From positions 288,001 through 352,000 of the forward strand of contig CAWCIZ010000001.1 of NCBI GenBank assembly GCA_963795855.1: a stretch of DNA of 64,000 nt, read 5' to 3'. This DNA is from Vulcanimicrobiota bacterium. Lineage in GTDB: Bacteria; Vulcanimicrobiota; Vulcanimicrobiia; Vulcanimicrobiales; Vulcanimicrobiaceae. The notes beneath the pieces are model-generated. The model was not told the origin of the DNA, did no database searches, and saw only the letters and a list, made by a program, of their open reading frames with translations. Shown here piece by piece: positions 50,982 through 61,515 of the stretch; position 1 is the first letter of the stretch; each line of letters begins with the position of its first letter. The position numbers and the translations under genes are program-made.

Positions 50982-51689
50982 CTACGGCGAAGCGTCACTC
51001 CGAGCGTGTTCTTGAAAAACCGGACCGCACGCTCCCACGCCTCGTGCGCGGCGGCCGCATGGTAGTGGCCTAACCCCGCGTTGCCGGGCTGGGTTCGGAT
51101 TGCAGAAGCCGTGTTCTGCGTCGTACCAGTACACTTCGTGCGGCACTTTGCCTGTCTTCAGCCGCTCTTCAAACTCGCCGACCTTGTCGGGTGTGAAAAA
51201 CTCGTCGTGAGTTCGCGTAATGGCATTGCAGCGGAATTTCGATCGTGCCGGGATCGCCCGCTTCCGTCGGCGGCAACCCGTAAAAGGCAACGGCGGCGTC
51301 CGGTTCTTTCAAATGCATTGCAGCGAGCAGCGCGAGCGCGCCGCCCATGCAGTATCCGGTGACGCCGGCTCTTCTTGCCGTTCTTCTTGAGATGTTGCAG
51401 CGCGCCGCGCACGTCTTGCGATATGCGTCGTCCGAAAGTCCAGGCCTTCGACCAAATGGTTGGCCTCGTCGCCCACCGCGGCGGTTCGCCCGCGAAACAG
51501 ATCGGGAATCAGCGCGCGATAACCGAGCGCCGCGTAGCGGTCTGCGATGTCCATGATTCGCGGCGTAACGCCCCACCATTCTTCGATGATGACCACGCCC
51601 GGTGCGCTCCGCGTCTTTTTCCGGCGCCGCGTAATAGCCGGGCGCACGCCTTGCCGTCGGGCCGCATGAACTCGATTCTTTTGTCCCAT
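50982..51689 (-). CDS. Dienelactone hydrolase family protein, frameshifted
   Basis: GVVIIEEWWG, PDLFRG, GYCMGG, YDAEHGF.N. Confidence 0.88.
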
Positions 51690-51701
51690 GGGCCGGATAT
51701 G

Positions 51702-52063
51702 TTATGCTGTCGCGCCGGCGCCTTCCTCGGAGTCCTGCCGGTCGAGGTTTTCGGCTTTTTCGCTGACAAGCCACCGGTTCGCGGCCTCGATCTGCTTCGG
51801 CGTCGTCGCGCGATTGCAGCCACGTCAAAATCGCCTCGTCGGTCGTGTTCGTACGAATGGCGGCGTCGAATTGCGCCGGGCGTGATGCCCCAGCGCTCCA
51901 AGACGCCCTTGTCCATCGGACACGGATAGATGTAGTCGTGAATCGTGCCGCTCGCGGATGCGCGCGCTTTGTCGAACAGCGCGCGCAAGCCACAGTACGC
52001 GCCGCCCAGCGGCTCGCGGCCGCGCCGCGGGAACGTTTTGCCGTCGCGAAAATCGGTTGCCAT
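51702..52063 (-). CDS. DUF5069-like protein, frameshifted
   Basis: FPR..RE.LGG...L....DKARA...GTI.DYIYPCPMD. Confidence 0.7.
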
Positions 52064-52134
52064 GAGTCGACATAACAGCCTGGCGATCCGGCGACGAGGA
52101 TGCAAAGCGGCGGCTGCTCGCGAACGTAGAGCGC

Positions 52135-52853
52135 ATGCATGAAGAGACGCCTCGTGACGAGCCACGCTGGCATGCGGCATTGGCGTGCCGTGGCGCGCTC
52201 GTGCTCTACGTACGCTGCCGCCCGAAGCTCGTGGTCGGCCCGTTCTGGCTGTTGCCGCTCTCGCTGCTGGCGATCTTGGTGCCGCTCATGGTCGTTCCGC
52301 CGCAGCGCCATCAGGAAGCAACAGTGGCAGCGCCTGCCTCGATCGCGCACATCGCGGTGCTGAACGCTTTCAACGTCGCGACGATCGTGCTGCTTTTCAC
52401 CTGGCAGCTCTCCGCAGCATCATGCGAGGCGATCAACGGGCGAGCAGTTGCTGCTCGCGGCCGTGCAGATTTGGCTCACGAACATGATCGTGTACGCGTT
52501 GTGGTTCTGGGAGATCGACGGCGGCGGACCCGACTCGCGCGGTGCACACGGATGCCGATCGCAGAACTGCGCCGCGCGGACTTTCTTGTTTCCGCAGATG
52601 TCGCTGCGGACCGACGTGCGCGACGCGCATGCGCTGGAGACCGCGGTTTATCGATTACGTCTTTCTTTCGTTCACGAACGCGACGGCGTTCAGCCCGACC
52701 GACACGTTTCCGCTCACCCGACTGGCAAAGGTGCTGATGATGGCCGAGGCGCTGACGTCGCTCGTGACTATCGCGATCATCGCCGGCCGCGCCGTCAACA
52801 TTCTGGGCGGCAGACTATCGCGTGCGACGACGTTCGTGCAATGCTATGCATGA
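52135..52853 (+). CDS. DUF1345-like membrane protein, frameshifted
   Basis: IWLTN.IV.ALWFWE.D.GGP, FLFPQ, W.P.F.DY.FLSFTNATAFSPTDT.PL. Confidence 0.8.
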
Positions 52854-53610
52854 GTGTGCAGCAAACGAGTACGGCATCGACGGCAATGTCGCCGCGAAAC
52901 GGATAGTCGAGTTCAGCGATGAGCGAGAAGTGACGGCGATCACCGCCGTCAAGGCGAGGACCATCAGGTACTGCGCCTGCGGACGATCGACGCGAAAATA
53001 GAATGAAAACACGACGGTTACCTGCCGGTGAGCAGCATCGTGGCCCAAAGGACGAGCGGGATGCCTTGGCGGTTGTCGTGAATGCGGCTGCGCCGGGCGT
53101 CCAGAAACGTGCCGGCCAAACGTTCGCGCTCGCGTCTGCAGCGCTTGGTCGGCCGCATTGCGCGGGCGCAACGCGGCGACAGTCGCTTCGATATCGTACG
53201 CTGTCGTCGTGCGCTTCGAGGCTCTCGCCGCCGTGACGCATGCTCGGCCATTCGTCGCGTCGACGACGAGTAATGTACCGGTCGACTCGTGCTTTGCAGA
53301 CGCGTGCGCTCGGTTCCGGAAGGCATCCGCGAGGTGATGGAGATCCGACGAGCGCGCTGGCTTCGGTCTGCGCGGTTTGCGCGGCCGTGTCGTACTCTTG
53401 CCAAACGCCGACGACCATGAACGACATCATGACCGCCAGCACGGTGCCGATGATCGTGAGAATCGGGCCCGCGACGTCGTTATGCGTGATCCGTTCGTTG
53501 CGCGTGATGCGCGCCGCGTGAAGGCGAGCGCGCCGCATGCGAGCGCGCACGCGCCGATGACCGAGGCCGATCATAAACAGCCATGCGGGAATGGCATAAA
53601 TCCACGTCAC
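52815..53610 (-). CDS. DUF4239/bestrophin-like membrane protein, frameshifted (ends approximate)
   Basis: HNDVAG.I..IIG...AV...F.VV.VW..Y..A......EA and LI.ELDYPFRG.I.V. Confidence 0.75.
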
Positions 53611-53704
53611 GCCTGCCCGGTTCGCCGCTGCAACCAGCCGCTCCGGCCGGCGATTGTAGGGCGCGGGCCGCGACCGGGGAGAACGAGGGCCTCGCCCAGC
53701 GTGG

Positions 53705-53775
53705 GCGGGTGTGATGTAATGGCAGCCTGCGACCTTCCCAAGGTTGACGCGCGGGTTCGATTCCCGCCACCCGCT
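53705..53775 (+). tRNA. tRNA-Gly(CCC), CCA not encoded
   Basis: GCGGGTG/CACCCGC acceptor stem, CGACC-TTCCCAA-GGTTG anticodon arm, GGTTCGATTCC. Confidence 0.93.
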
Positions 53776-53785
53776 CGGGATGTTC

Positions 53786-53857
53786 GGCGACGTAGCCAAG
53801 TGGTAAGGCAGAGCTCTGCAAAAGCTCCATTCGGCAGTTCGAATCTGCCCGTCGCCT
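53786..53857 (+). tRNA. tRNA-Cys(GCA), CCA not encoded
   Basis: GGCGACG/CGTCGCC acceptor stem, GAGCT-CTGCAAA-AGCTC anticodon arm, GTTCGAATC. Confidence 0.95.
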
Positions 53858-53877
53858 TATAAAATTTTACGATGACT

Positions 53878-54842
53878 GTGCGAGATTGCAGTATTCGGCG
53901 CCGGCGCGATCGGCGGGTTCATAGCCGCCGCGCTTGCGCGTTCCGGCGTCGAGGTGTGCGTCGTTGCGCGCGGCGCCCACCTCGAAGCGATCCGGCGCGA
54001 CGGTCTGCAGCGTCCGCAGCGAGCTCGGCCGCTTTACCGCCACAGTTCCCGCGTCGCACGATCTGCGCGACTTCGGCGATCCCGATTTCGTGCTGATAAC
54101 CTTCAAGTCGCAGCAGTGGACGGGCGTCTTGCCGCAGTTCGAGCGCGATCCTGCGCGAGCGTGCCGTCTTCGTCACGCTGCAAAACGGCTTGCCGTTCTG
54201 GTATTCACGCGAACGCGCCGCTCGAAAGCGTCGACCCGGGCGGCTGCGATCCTGCGGACGATTCCGTACGAGCGCATCATCGGCGGCGTCGTGCATGCGT
54301 CCGGACATCGTTCCGCGTCCCGGGTTCGTGAATCAAAGCGGCGGCATCGCTCTATCCGATCGGCGAACTCGACGGCATCGACGACGCGGCGCATCAGCGA
54401 GCTTTCGGGAGCGTTCGCGCAAGCGGGACTCACGGCGCCGATCGAGCCGGACATCCGCAGAAACATCTGGCGAAAGCTCGTCAACAACCTCGCGCTCAAT
54501 CCCGTGAGCGCGCTCACGCGAGCGACCGTGCAAAACGATGCTGAGCGATCCGCCCGTGCGCGCGCTGCTGCGCGTCATCATCGAAGAAGGTTTGACGATA
54601 GCGCGAGCGTCGGGCGTCGAACCCGGCGTCGATGCGGACGAGCGTCTGCAAATGGGCGGAGCACATCGCGGACGTGAAGACTTCGATGCTGCAGGACTTG
54701 GAAGCCGGCACGTCCGCTCGAACTCGAGCCGATCGCCGGCGCGGCGCTCGAACTTGCGCGCAGCTACGGCCTCGAAGTTCCGCATGTGGAAACGGTGTAC
54801 GGCCTCACGAAACTGCTCGAACGTGATGCGCTCGGCGGTTGA
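53878..54842 (+). CDS. panE: 2-dehydropantoate 2-reductase (ketopantoate reductase) family, multiple frameshifts
   Basis: IAVFGAGAIGG, ARGAHL.AI, LQNGLP.W, IW.KL..N...NP.SALT, KTSMLQD.E.G. Confidence 0.85.
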
Positions 54843-55287
54843 ATGCCGCGCAGGGCGCGTCGAGGAGTATCCCGCCGCCGCCGCGTTGCGTCAAGAGATG
54901 GCGATCGAAATGGGCAGCGACTTCGACGCGCGGTCGAAGGAATGGCGCGCAAAATTTTGCGCGTATTTCGGCGGACGACAATCTGCAGGCAACGCGCAGC
55001 TTTTCCTGGCTCTCGACGGCGAGAGACCCGTCGGCTGCGCGATGATTTCCGTTTCGGACGACTACCGCAGGTTTTGCTTCGGGACGCTGAGCGGGCACGT
55101 GAACGCCGTCTTCGTTCAGCCCGCATATCGCCGCAGCGGGGTAGCGACGCGTTTGATGCAGCTCGTCATCGCGTGGGCGCGCGAGCGCGGCTGCGCGCGG
55201 GTTTTGCTGCGATCGAGCGACGAAGGCCGCGCGTTGTACCAGGAACTCGGTTTTGCCACGGGGCGCGAGATGGAACTCTATCTCTGA
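54826..55287 (+). CDS. GNAT family N-acetyltransferase
   Basis: [23 protein letters not shown]. Confidence 0.88.
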   Translation: MRSAVECRAGRVEEYPAAAALRQEMAIEMGSDFDARSKEWRAKFCAYFGGRQSAGNAQLFLALDGERPVGCAMISVSDDYRRFCFGTLSGHVNAVFVQPAYRRSGVATRLMQLVIAWARERGCARVLLRSSDEGRALYQELGFATGREMELYL

Positions 55288-56059
55288 TGCTCGCGCGCCG
55301 CATCGTACCGTGCCTGGACATCAAGGATGGGCGCGTCGTGAAAGGCGTACGTTTCGTACAGACTGCGCGACGCCGGAGATCCCGTCGAACTTGCCCGTCT
55401 CTACGAAGAATCCGGCGCCGACGAACTCGTATTTCTCGACATCACCGCGACCATAGAAGGGCGTAAAGCGACGCGCGAGGTCGTCCGCGCGGTTGCGGAA
55501 CAGACTCACCATTCCGTTCGCCGTCGGGGGCGGCGCGAGCAGCGTGGACGACGTGCGTGCACTGCTTCGCGCCGGCTGCGATAAAGTTTCGCTCAACAGC
55601 GCCGCCGTTCGGACGCCGCAAGTGCTCGAGGAAGCGGCCGCGGACTTCGGAAGCCAGTGCGTCGTGCTGGCAATCGACGCCCGGCGTAAGCCCGGCACGG
55701 GCAGCTGGGAAGTCGCGATCGACGGCGGCCGCACCCCGACGGGCCTCGAAGCGGTTGCGTGGGCGCAGCGTGGCGCGCAACTTGGCGCAGGCGAGATTCT
55801 GCTCACGAGTATGGACCGCGACGGAACGAAGTCCGGTTTCGACGTTGAACTCACGCGCGCGGTGCGCGACGCCGTAGACGTTCCCGTGATTGCGTCGGGC
55901 GGGGCCGGCAATGCAGACGACTTTGCGCGCGTGTTCGAAGAAGCCGGCGCGGATGCGGCGCTCGCCGCGTCGCTCTTTCACTTCGGCGAACTGGCGATCT
56001 CCGACCTCAAGGCGTTTTTGCGCGCGCGGGGGATTCCAATAAGGCCTTCGACAAGCTGA
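55287..56059 (+). CDS. hisF: Imidazole glycerol phosphate synthase subunit HisF, frameshifted
   Basis: [58 protein letters not shown]. Confidence 0.96.
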
Positions 56060-56063
56060 GCGC

Positions 56064-56672
56064 ATGCTGGAGAACGTTAAGTGGAACGCGGACGGACTCG
56101 TTCCGGTGGTGATCGCCGATGCGCGGACCAACGCGGTGTTGACGCTTGCCTACGCGAACCCCGAGGCGCTCGAAAAAACGATCGCCGAAAAATCGACGTA
56201 TTTGTACAGCCGCTCGCGTCAAAAACTTTGGCATAAAGGCGAAGAGTCCGGAAACACGCAGCGCGTCGTCGAGGTGCTTTCGGATTGCGATCGAGATGCG
56301 GTGCTCTACCGCGTCATTCCGAACGGACCGGCCTGCCATACGGGCGCGGCCTCATGTTTTTACGACGTCGTGCTGCCCGAGCAAAACGCGTTTACTCAGG
56401 CGGTCGCGCATTTACAAGACGTTCTCGAAGCGCGAAAGAACGCCGATCCGCAATCTTCGTACGTAGCCAAACTCTATGCCGGCGGCATCGACGCGATCGG
56501 CAAGAAAATCGGCGAGGAGGCCACGGAGGTGGTGATCGCGGCGAAAAACGCCTCGCGCGACGAACTCGTGTGGGAAGCGGCGGATCTGCTCTTTCACCTC
56601 TTCGTGATGCTCAAAGCCTCGAACGTGACGCTCGAGGATGTAGGCGGAGAGCTGCTACGGCGCGCCAAGTAG
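56064..56672 (+). CDS. hisIE: Bifunctional phosphoribosyl-AMP cyclohydrolase/phosphoribosyl-ATP diphosphatase
   Basis: SRSRQ.LW.KGE.SGN, DCD.D, ACHTG..SCF, KKIGEEA.E, EAADL.FH. Confidence 0.96.
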   Translation: MLENVKWNADGLVPVVIADARTNAVLTLAYANPEALEKTIAEKSTYLYSRSRQKLWHKGEESGNTQRVVEVLSDCDRDAVLYRVIPNGPACHTGAASCFYDVVLPEQNAFTQAVAHLQDVLEARKNADPQSSYVAKLYAGGIDAIGKKIGEEATEVVIAAKNASRDELVWEAADLLFHLFVMLKASNVTLEDVGGELLRRAK

Positions 56673-56707
56673 CGGCGCGCAAAGCGCCGCCCGCGCGCAT
56701 TGAGGAT

Positions 56708-58744
56708 TTGGCCGGCGTAGGCGGCGAAACGGCGGAGCGCTTCGCGGAACTCGGCATCCGCACGCCGCTCGACTTGCTGAGCGATTTTCCGTACCGCTAC
56801 GAAGATCTGCGTTATCCGACGCCGGCATCGGCGTTGGGGCTCGGGCGGGGCGAAAATGCCGAGGAAAATGCCGTCGGGCGGATTGTGTGGGTCAAGGAAC
56901 GGCGCGCGCGGCATCTGGCAATCGTGGAAGCGGAACTCGAAGACGAAAGCGGCACGTTCGTTGCAACGTGGTTCGGGCGAACGTATCTCATCGGCGCGCT
57001 GAAGAAAGGGATGCGCCTCTTCGTTCGCGGCCGCGTGCAGCGCACGCTCGCGGGTGCGAAGATGAATGTGGTCACGCATCGCGTGCTCGCGGAGAACGAA
57101 ACGTACACCGGCGAAATCGTGCCGGTGTATTCCGCCAGTAAGACGCTGACGACGCGCAAAATTCATCAAGTGATTTCGCGCAATCTGCCGCACCTGTTGC
57201 TGCTGGCCGTCGAGGATCCGCTGCCGCCATCGATCGTGAGGGAAAAAGCCTTTCCGGCACTCGAGAAGGCTTATCGCGCGATGCATGCGCCGCAAAATCC
57301 GGAGGACGCGGAAAAAGCGCGCGAGCGGTTCATCTTCACCGAGTTTCTCGCGCTTGCGCTTGCCGCGCAGTTGAAGCGCCGCGAACGCAGCTCGGAACAC
57401 ACCGCAGAGCGATTGCGCGCCGCGCCGACGCTGCTTGCCGAATTGGAACGCGAGTTGCCGTTCCCGCTCACGGGCGCCCAGCGGCGCGTCATCACCGAGA
57501 TCTGGGGCGACATGGCGCAGGACGCGCCGATGAACCGGCTTCTGCAGGGCGACGTCGGAAGCGGCAAAACGCTCGTTGCCGCCGCGGCCATTCTGCTTGC
57601 GTCGCGCAGCCGCGTTCAATCCGCACTCATGGCGCCGACGGAAATTCTCGCAGCGCAGCACGCCGCCAAACTCGCGCCGCTTCTGGTTCCCTTCGGCATT
57701 ACGGTCGAAGCCGTCTTCGGAAGTCAGAGCGCCAAAGCGCGCGCCGTCGCGGCGCAGCGCATCGCAAGCGGTGAAGCGCTGCTTGCGGTCGGCACGCATG
57801 CCCTGCTTACCGAGGGCGTGGATTTCAAGCGCCTCGGGCTCGTGGTAATCGACGAGCAGCACCGCTTCGGCGTGCAGCAGCGCGCGCGTTTACGCGCCAA
57901 AGGCGTCGCGCCCCACACGCTTCACATGACGGCGACGCCGATTCCGCGCACGTTGGCGCAATCGATTTACGCGGACTTGGACGTCTCGACCATCGACGAA
58001 TTGCCGCCGGGGCGCACGCCGATCGAAACCTTCGCGCTGCGCCGCACGCGTTTGCATCTGGCGTACGACTTCGTCGAGAAGAACGTTGCCGCGGGACATC
58101 AGGCCTACATAGTAGCGCCCGCGATCGACGAATCGGAAAACGATCTCACGAGCGTCGTCGCGGAAGCCGAGCGTCTGCAGAACGACGTGTTTCCGCATTT
58201 GAAACTCGGACTGCTGCACGGACGGATGACGCCGCGCGAAAAAGAAGACGTGATGCAGCGCTTTTCGCGGAACGACCTGCAGGTGCTCGTGGCGACGACC
58301 GTCATTGAGGTCGGCGTGGACATTCCCAATGCCAGCGTCATGGTGGTGCTCGACGCCAACCGATACGGGCTGGCGCAACTGCATCAGCTGCGCGGCCGGG
58401 TCGGGCGAGGTGCCGCCAAGTCGTATTGCCTGCTCATTGCGCCGGACGAAGCGGGCGAAGTCGAGCGCTTGCAGATCCTGACCGAATCTACGGACGGCTT
58501 CAAGATCGCCGAAGAAGATTTGCAACTGCGGGGGGCGGGCCAGTTCGCCGGCACGGCCCAGTCGGGCAGGACCGAGTTTCGCTTCGGCGACATCGTCCGG
58601 GATTTCGCGCTTTATAAAGAAGCCAGCGCAATCGCTGCGCGGATCGTTCAGGACGATTCGACGCTCGAGCGCGTCGAGCATCGCGGCCTGCGCGCGCTGA
58701 TCGAGGGCGAACCCAGCGCGAGGGCGATGCTCCTGTCGTCTTGA
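56708..58744 (+). CDS. recG: ATP-dependent DNA helicase RecG (start uncertain, about 56669-56708)
   Basis: MNRLLQGDVGSGKT, IDEQHRFGV.QR, MTATPIPRTL, QLHQLRGRVGRG, DGF.IAE.DL..RG.G...GT.QSG. Confidence 0.96.
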   Translation: MAGVGGETAERFAELGIRTPLDLLSDFPYRYEDLRYPTPASALGLGRGENAEENAVGRIVWVKERRARHLAIVEAELEDESGTFVATWFGRTYLIGALKKGMRLFVRGRVQRTLAGAKMNVVTHRVLAENETYTGEIVPVYSASKTLTTRKIHQVISRNLPHLLLLAVEDPLPPSIVREKAFPALEKAYRAMHAPQNPEDAEKARERFIFTEFLALALAAQLKRRERSSEHTAERLRAAPTLLAELERELPFPLTGAQRRVITEIWGDMAQDAPMNRLLQGDVGSGKTLVAAAAILLASRSRVQSALMAPTEILAAQHAAKLAPLLVPFGITVEAVFGSQSAKARAVAAQRIASGEALLAVGTHALLTEGVDFKRLGLVVIDEQHRFGVQQRARLRAKGVAPHTLHMTATPIPRTLAQSIYADLDVSTIDELPPGRTPIETFALRRTRLHLAYDFVEKNVAAGHQAYIVAPAIDESENDLTSVVAEAERLQNDVFPHLKLGLLHGRMTPREKEDVMQRFSRNDLQVLVATTVIEVGVDIPNASVMVVLDANRYGLAQLHQLRGRVGRGAAKSYCLLIAPDEAGEVERLQILTESTDGFKIAEEDLQLRGAGQFAGTAQSGRTEFRFGDIVRDFALYKEASAIAARIVQDDSTLERVEHRGLRALIEGEPSARAMLLSS

Positions 58745-58755
58745 ATTCCGGGCGC

Positions 58756-61428
58756 ATGAACAATGCAGTACGCTTCGTCCGTGCGGCCGCCTTGGTTATC
58801 GGGGCGGCTTTTTTCGCGCATTTGCCCGCGGCGGCGCAGCCGCTTCAAGTGACGCGCGCAACGCTCCGGAATGGTTTGCAAGTCGTGGTCGTTCGCGATC
58901 CGCTCGCGCCGGTGGTCACATCGGTTCTCAATTACCGCGCCGGTTCCAACGAGCAGCAGTTCCCCGGCGAAGCGCACGCCCTCGAACATATGATGTTCCG
59001 CGGCACGCCCGACGTATCGCAAACGCAACTGTTCGAAATCAGCCAGTTGATGGGCGGCGATTACGACGCGGACACGCAAGCGGAAGTCACGCAGTATTTC
59101 TTCCAGGTACCCGCGCAGTATCTGGATGTGGCGCTGCGCGTCGAAGCGGACCGCGCAAAACATGTGACGCTCGCGCAGTCGGGATGGGAAGCCGAGAGCG
59201 GCGCCATCAAACAAGAAGTGACTCAAGACGACAGCGTACCGATCGAAAAGTTGTTTCTTCGCACCATTTTACCGTCGATTTTCAAGGGTACGCCGTATGC
59301 CAAAGACGGCTTGGGCACCCTGTACTCCTTCAATCATCAAATCAACGCAGCCGTGGTGCGCAAGTTCTACGATGCGTGGTACCACCCGAACAACGCGACG
59401 TACGTCATCGCCGGTAATGTCGACGGCCCGTCGACCGTGAAGCTGGTCGAGAAGTATTTCGGAACGATCCCCGCGGCCAAATTGCCGGCGCGCGGCAGAG
59501 TCGTACTGCAGCCGATGAAGTCGGCGACCTACCACGTCGACAGCGATCAGCCGTACTCGATCGTCGCGATGGCATACCGGCTGCCGGGCTGGAAAGACAA
59601 AGATTACGCCGCCGCGCAGATTTTGGAATCGGTGCTGAACAACCAGCGCGGCGACCTCTACGGCTTGGTCGCGTCCGGAAAAGCGCTCTATGCGGGCTTC
59701 CAAGACGTTGAATCCCACGCGTACGCAACGGCGACTGCCGCGCTCTCCATCGTGCCCGTCACGACCAAAGCGGAAAGCGCGGAGGCGGACCTGCGTGCGG
59801 TTCTGCAGGCATATCGCACCAACGGTTTGCCGGCCGATCTGGTCGAAGTCGCGAAGCAGCGCGCGATTGCGGACGCGCAATTCGGTGGCAATTCGATCCA
59901 AGGGTTGGCGTTCGAATGGAGCGATGCCGTTGCCGCGCGCGGCGCGGCGTCGCCCGACGAGTTGATCGACGCGATGAAACGCGTGACCGTTGCCGACGTG
60001 AATCGCGTCTTCCGCGAATACGTGAACCCCGACAAGGCGATCGTCGCGTATGCGGTGCCGAAAAATATCGGCAAAGTGAGTGCCGGCGCCTCCGCTCCGG
60101 CCAAAGAAAACAATACGCTCACGCCGGAAAAGCCGCAGCCGCTTCCGGCTTGGGCGAGCGCCGCATTCTCAAAAGTCGAAGTGCCCGCGGACACGCTGCA
60201 TCCGGTTTCGATGACGCTCGCCAACGGCATGCGCCTCATCGTGGTACCGGAGCATGTGACGAAGACGGTGGAAGTGCACGGCTCCATTCTCTCGGACGAA
60301 GCGATTCAAGCGCCGGCCGATAAACAGGGCGTCGCGGACGTGCTTGCCGGCCTGTTTCCGTTCGGCACCGAGCAATACAGCCGCATTCAACTGCGCCGGC
60401 AGCTGGACCAAATTGCCGCCGACGTCGAAGCGGGAACGGATTTTTCGCTTCGCGTGCTAAGCGATAAATTCGACCGAGGCGTGCAATTGCTCGCGGATGA
60501 GGAACTGCATCCGGCATTGCCCGACGCGGCGTTTCAAATCGTGAAAGGGCAAACGGTCGGGTCGCTCACCGGAGAGATGACGTCTCCCGAACACCTCACG
60601 TCCGTCGCGCTGAACAAGGCGCTCTTCCCGTCCGACGATCCGCTGCAGAAGTTTGCGACGCCGCAAACGGCGAGTGCCGTTGGAATGGACGACGTGAGGT
60701 CGTACTTCGCGAGCGTTTACCGCCCGGACATGACGACCGCCGTCGTCATCGGCGACGTCACGCCGCAGCAAGTGCGCGCGACGTTCGAAAAGTATTTCGG
60801 CGCATGGACCGCGCACGGGCCGAAACCGGACGTGACGCTTCCGCAGGTTCCGAAAAACGACGCGGCGAGCGTCGTCGTTCCGGACGTCGGACGCGTGCAA
60901 TCCGACGTGCAGCTCGCGCAAGTGCTGGACTTGGCGCGCTCCGATCCGGATTGGGCGCTGCTGCAAGTCGCGAACAACGTGCTCGGCGGCGGCGGTTTCG
61001 GCTCGCTGCTCATGGACGACCTTCGCGTCAAACACGGCTACGTCTACGGTGCGTATTCGGAACTGAACTCGAATAAGAATCGCGCGACGTTCGTGTTGGG
61101 ATACGCTTGCGATCCGGACAAGATCGTTCCGGCCCAGCAGCTCGCGCTCGCCGATTTGCGAACGCTGCAGGAAGGCGTCATCTCCGCGGACCGGTTGACG
61201 CGCAGCAAAGCGATGCTGATGAGCGACGTGCCGCTGCGAAGCGCGAGTTTCGACGGCGTCGCTTCCCAATTGCTGCGTTTCGCGTCGTTCGGTCTACCCC
61301 TCGATCAGGCACAAATCGACGCCCAACGGGAACTTCAGGCACAGCCGGCCACGGTGCGGCAAGCCCTGGTGAAATGGGTCAACCCAAGCCGGTTCGTGCG
61401 CGTGGTCCGAGGCCCCGGGCCGAAGTAA
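58756..61428 (+). CDS. Secreted M16 family (pitrilysin-like) zinc peptidase
   Basis: Signal peptide, TL.NGL.V, inverted zincin motif HALEH, and a second M16 half starting TLANGMRL. Confidence 0.93.
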   Translation: MNNAVRFVRAAALVIGAAFFAHLPAAAQPLQVTRATLRNGLQVVVVRDPLAPVVTSVLNYRAGSNEQQFPGEAHALEHMMFRGTPDVSQTQLFEISQLMGGDYDADTQAEVTQYFFQVPAQYLDVALRVEADRAKHVTLAQSGWEAESGAIKQEVTQDDSVPIEKLFLRTILPSIFKGTPYAKDGLGTLYSFNHQINAAVVRKFYDAWYHPNNATYVIAGNVDGPSTVKLVEKYFGTIPAAKLPARGRVVLQPMKSATYHVDSDQPYSIVAMAYRLPGWKDKDYAAAQILESVLNNQRGDLYGLVASGKALYAGFQDVESHAYATATAALSIVPVTTKAESAEADLRAVLQAYRTNGLPADLVEVAKQRAIADAQFGGNSIQGLAFEWSDAVAARGAASPDELIDAMKRVTVADVNRVFREYVNPDKAIVAYAVPKNIGKVSAGASAPAKENNTLTPEKPQPLPAWASAAFSKVEVPADTLHPVSMTLANGMRLIVVPEHVTKTVEVHGSILSDEAIQAPADKQGVADVLAGLFPFGTEQYSRIQLRRQLDQIAADVEAGTDFSLRVLSDKFDRGVQLLADEELHPALPDAAFQIVKGQTVGSLTGEMTSPEHLTSVALNKALFPSDDPLQKFATPQTASAVGMDDVRSYFASVYRPDMTTAVVIGDVTPQQVRATFEKYFGAWTAHGPKPDVTLPQVPKNDAASVVVPDVGRVQSDVQLAQVLDLARSDPDWALLQVANNVLGGGGFGSLLMDDLRVKHGYVYGAYSELNSNKNRATFVLGYACDPDKIVPAQQLALADLRTLQEGVISADRLTRSKAMLMSDVPLRSASFDGVASQLLRFASFGLPLDQAQIDAQRELQAQPATVRQALVKWVNPSRFVRVVRGPGPK

Positions 61429-61515
61429 TTCAGCCTGTTTACCCGCTGGACGAGCAACTTCAGCGCGCTTTTTCTTGGTAATATAGTCCAAACGTCCTGC
61501 GATTTAGGTAGGAGA

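Noticed and set aside
53705..53857. tRNA-Gly and tRNA-Cys lacking encoded CCA as pseudogenes
   Set aside because: The cloverleaves pair well, and post-transcriptional CCA addition is common in bacteria.
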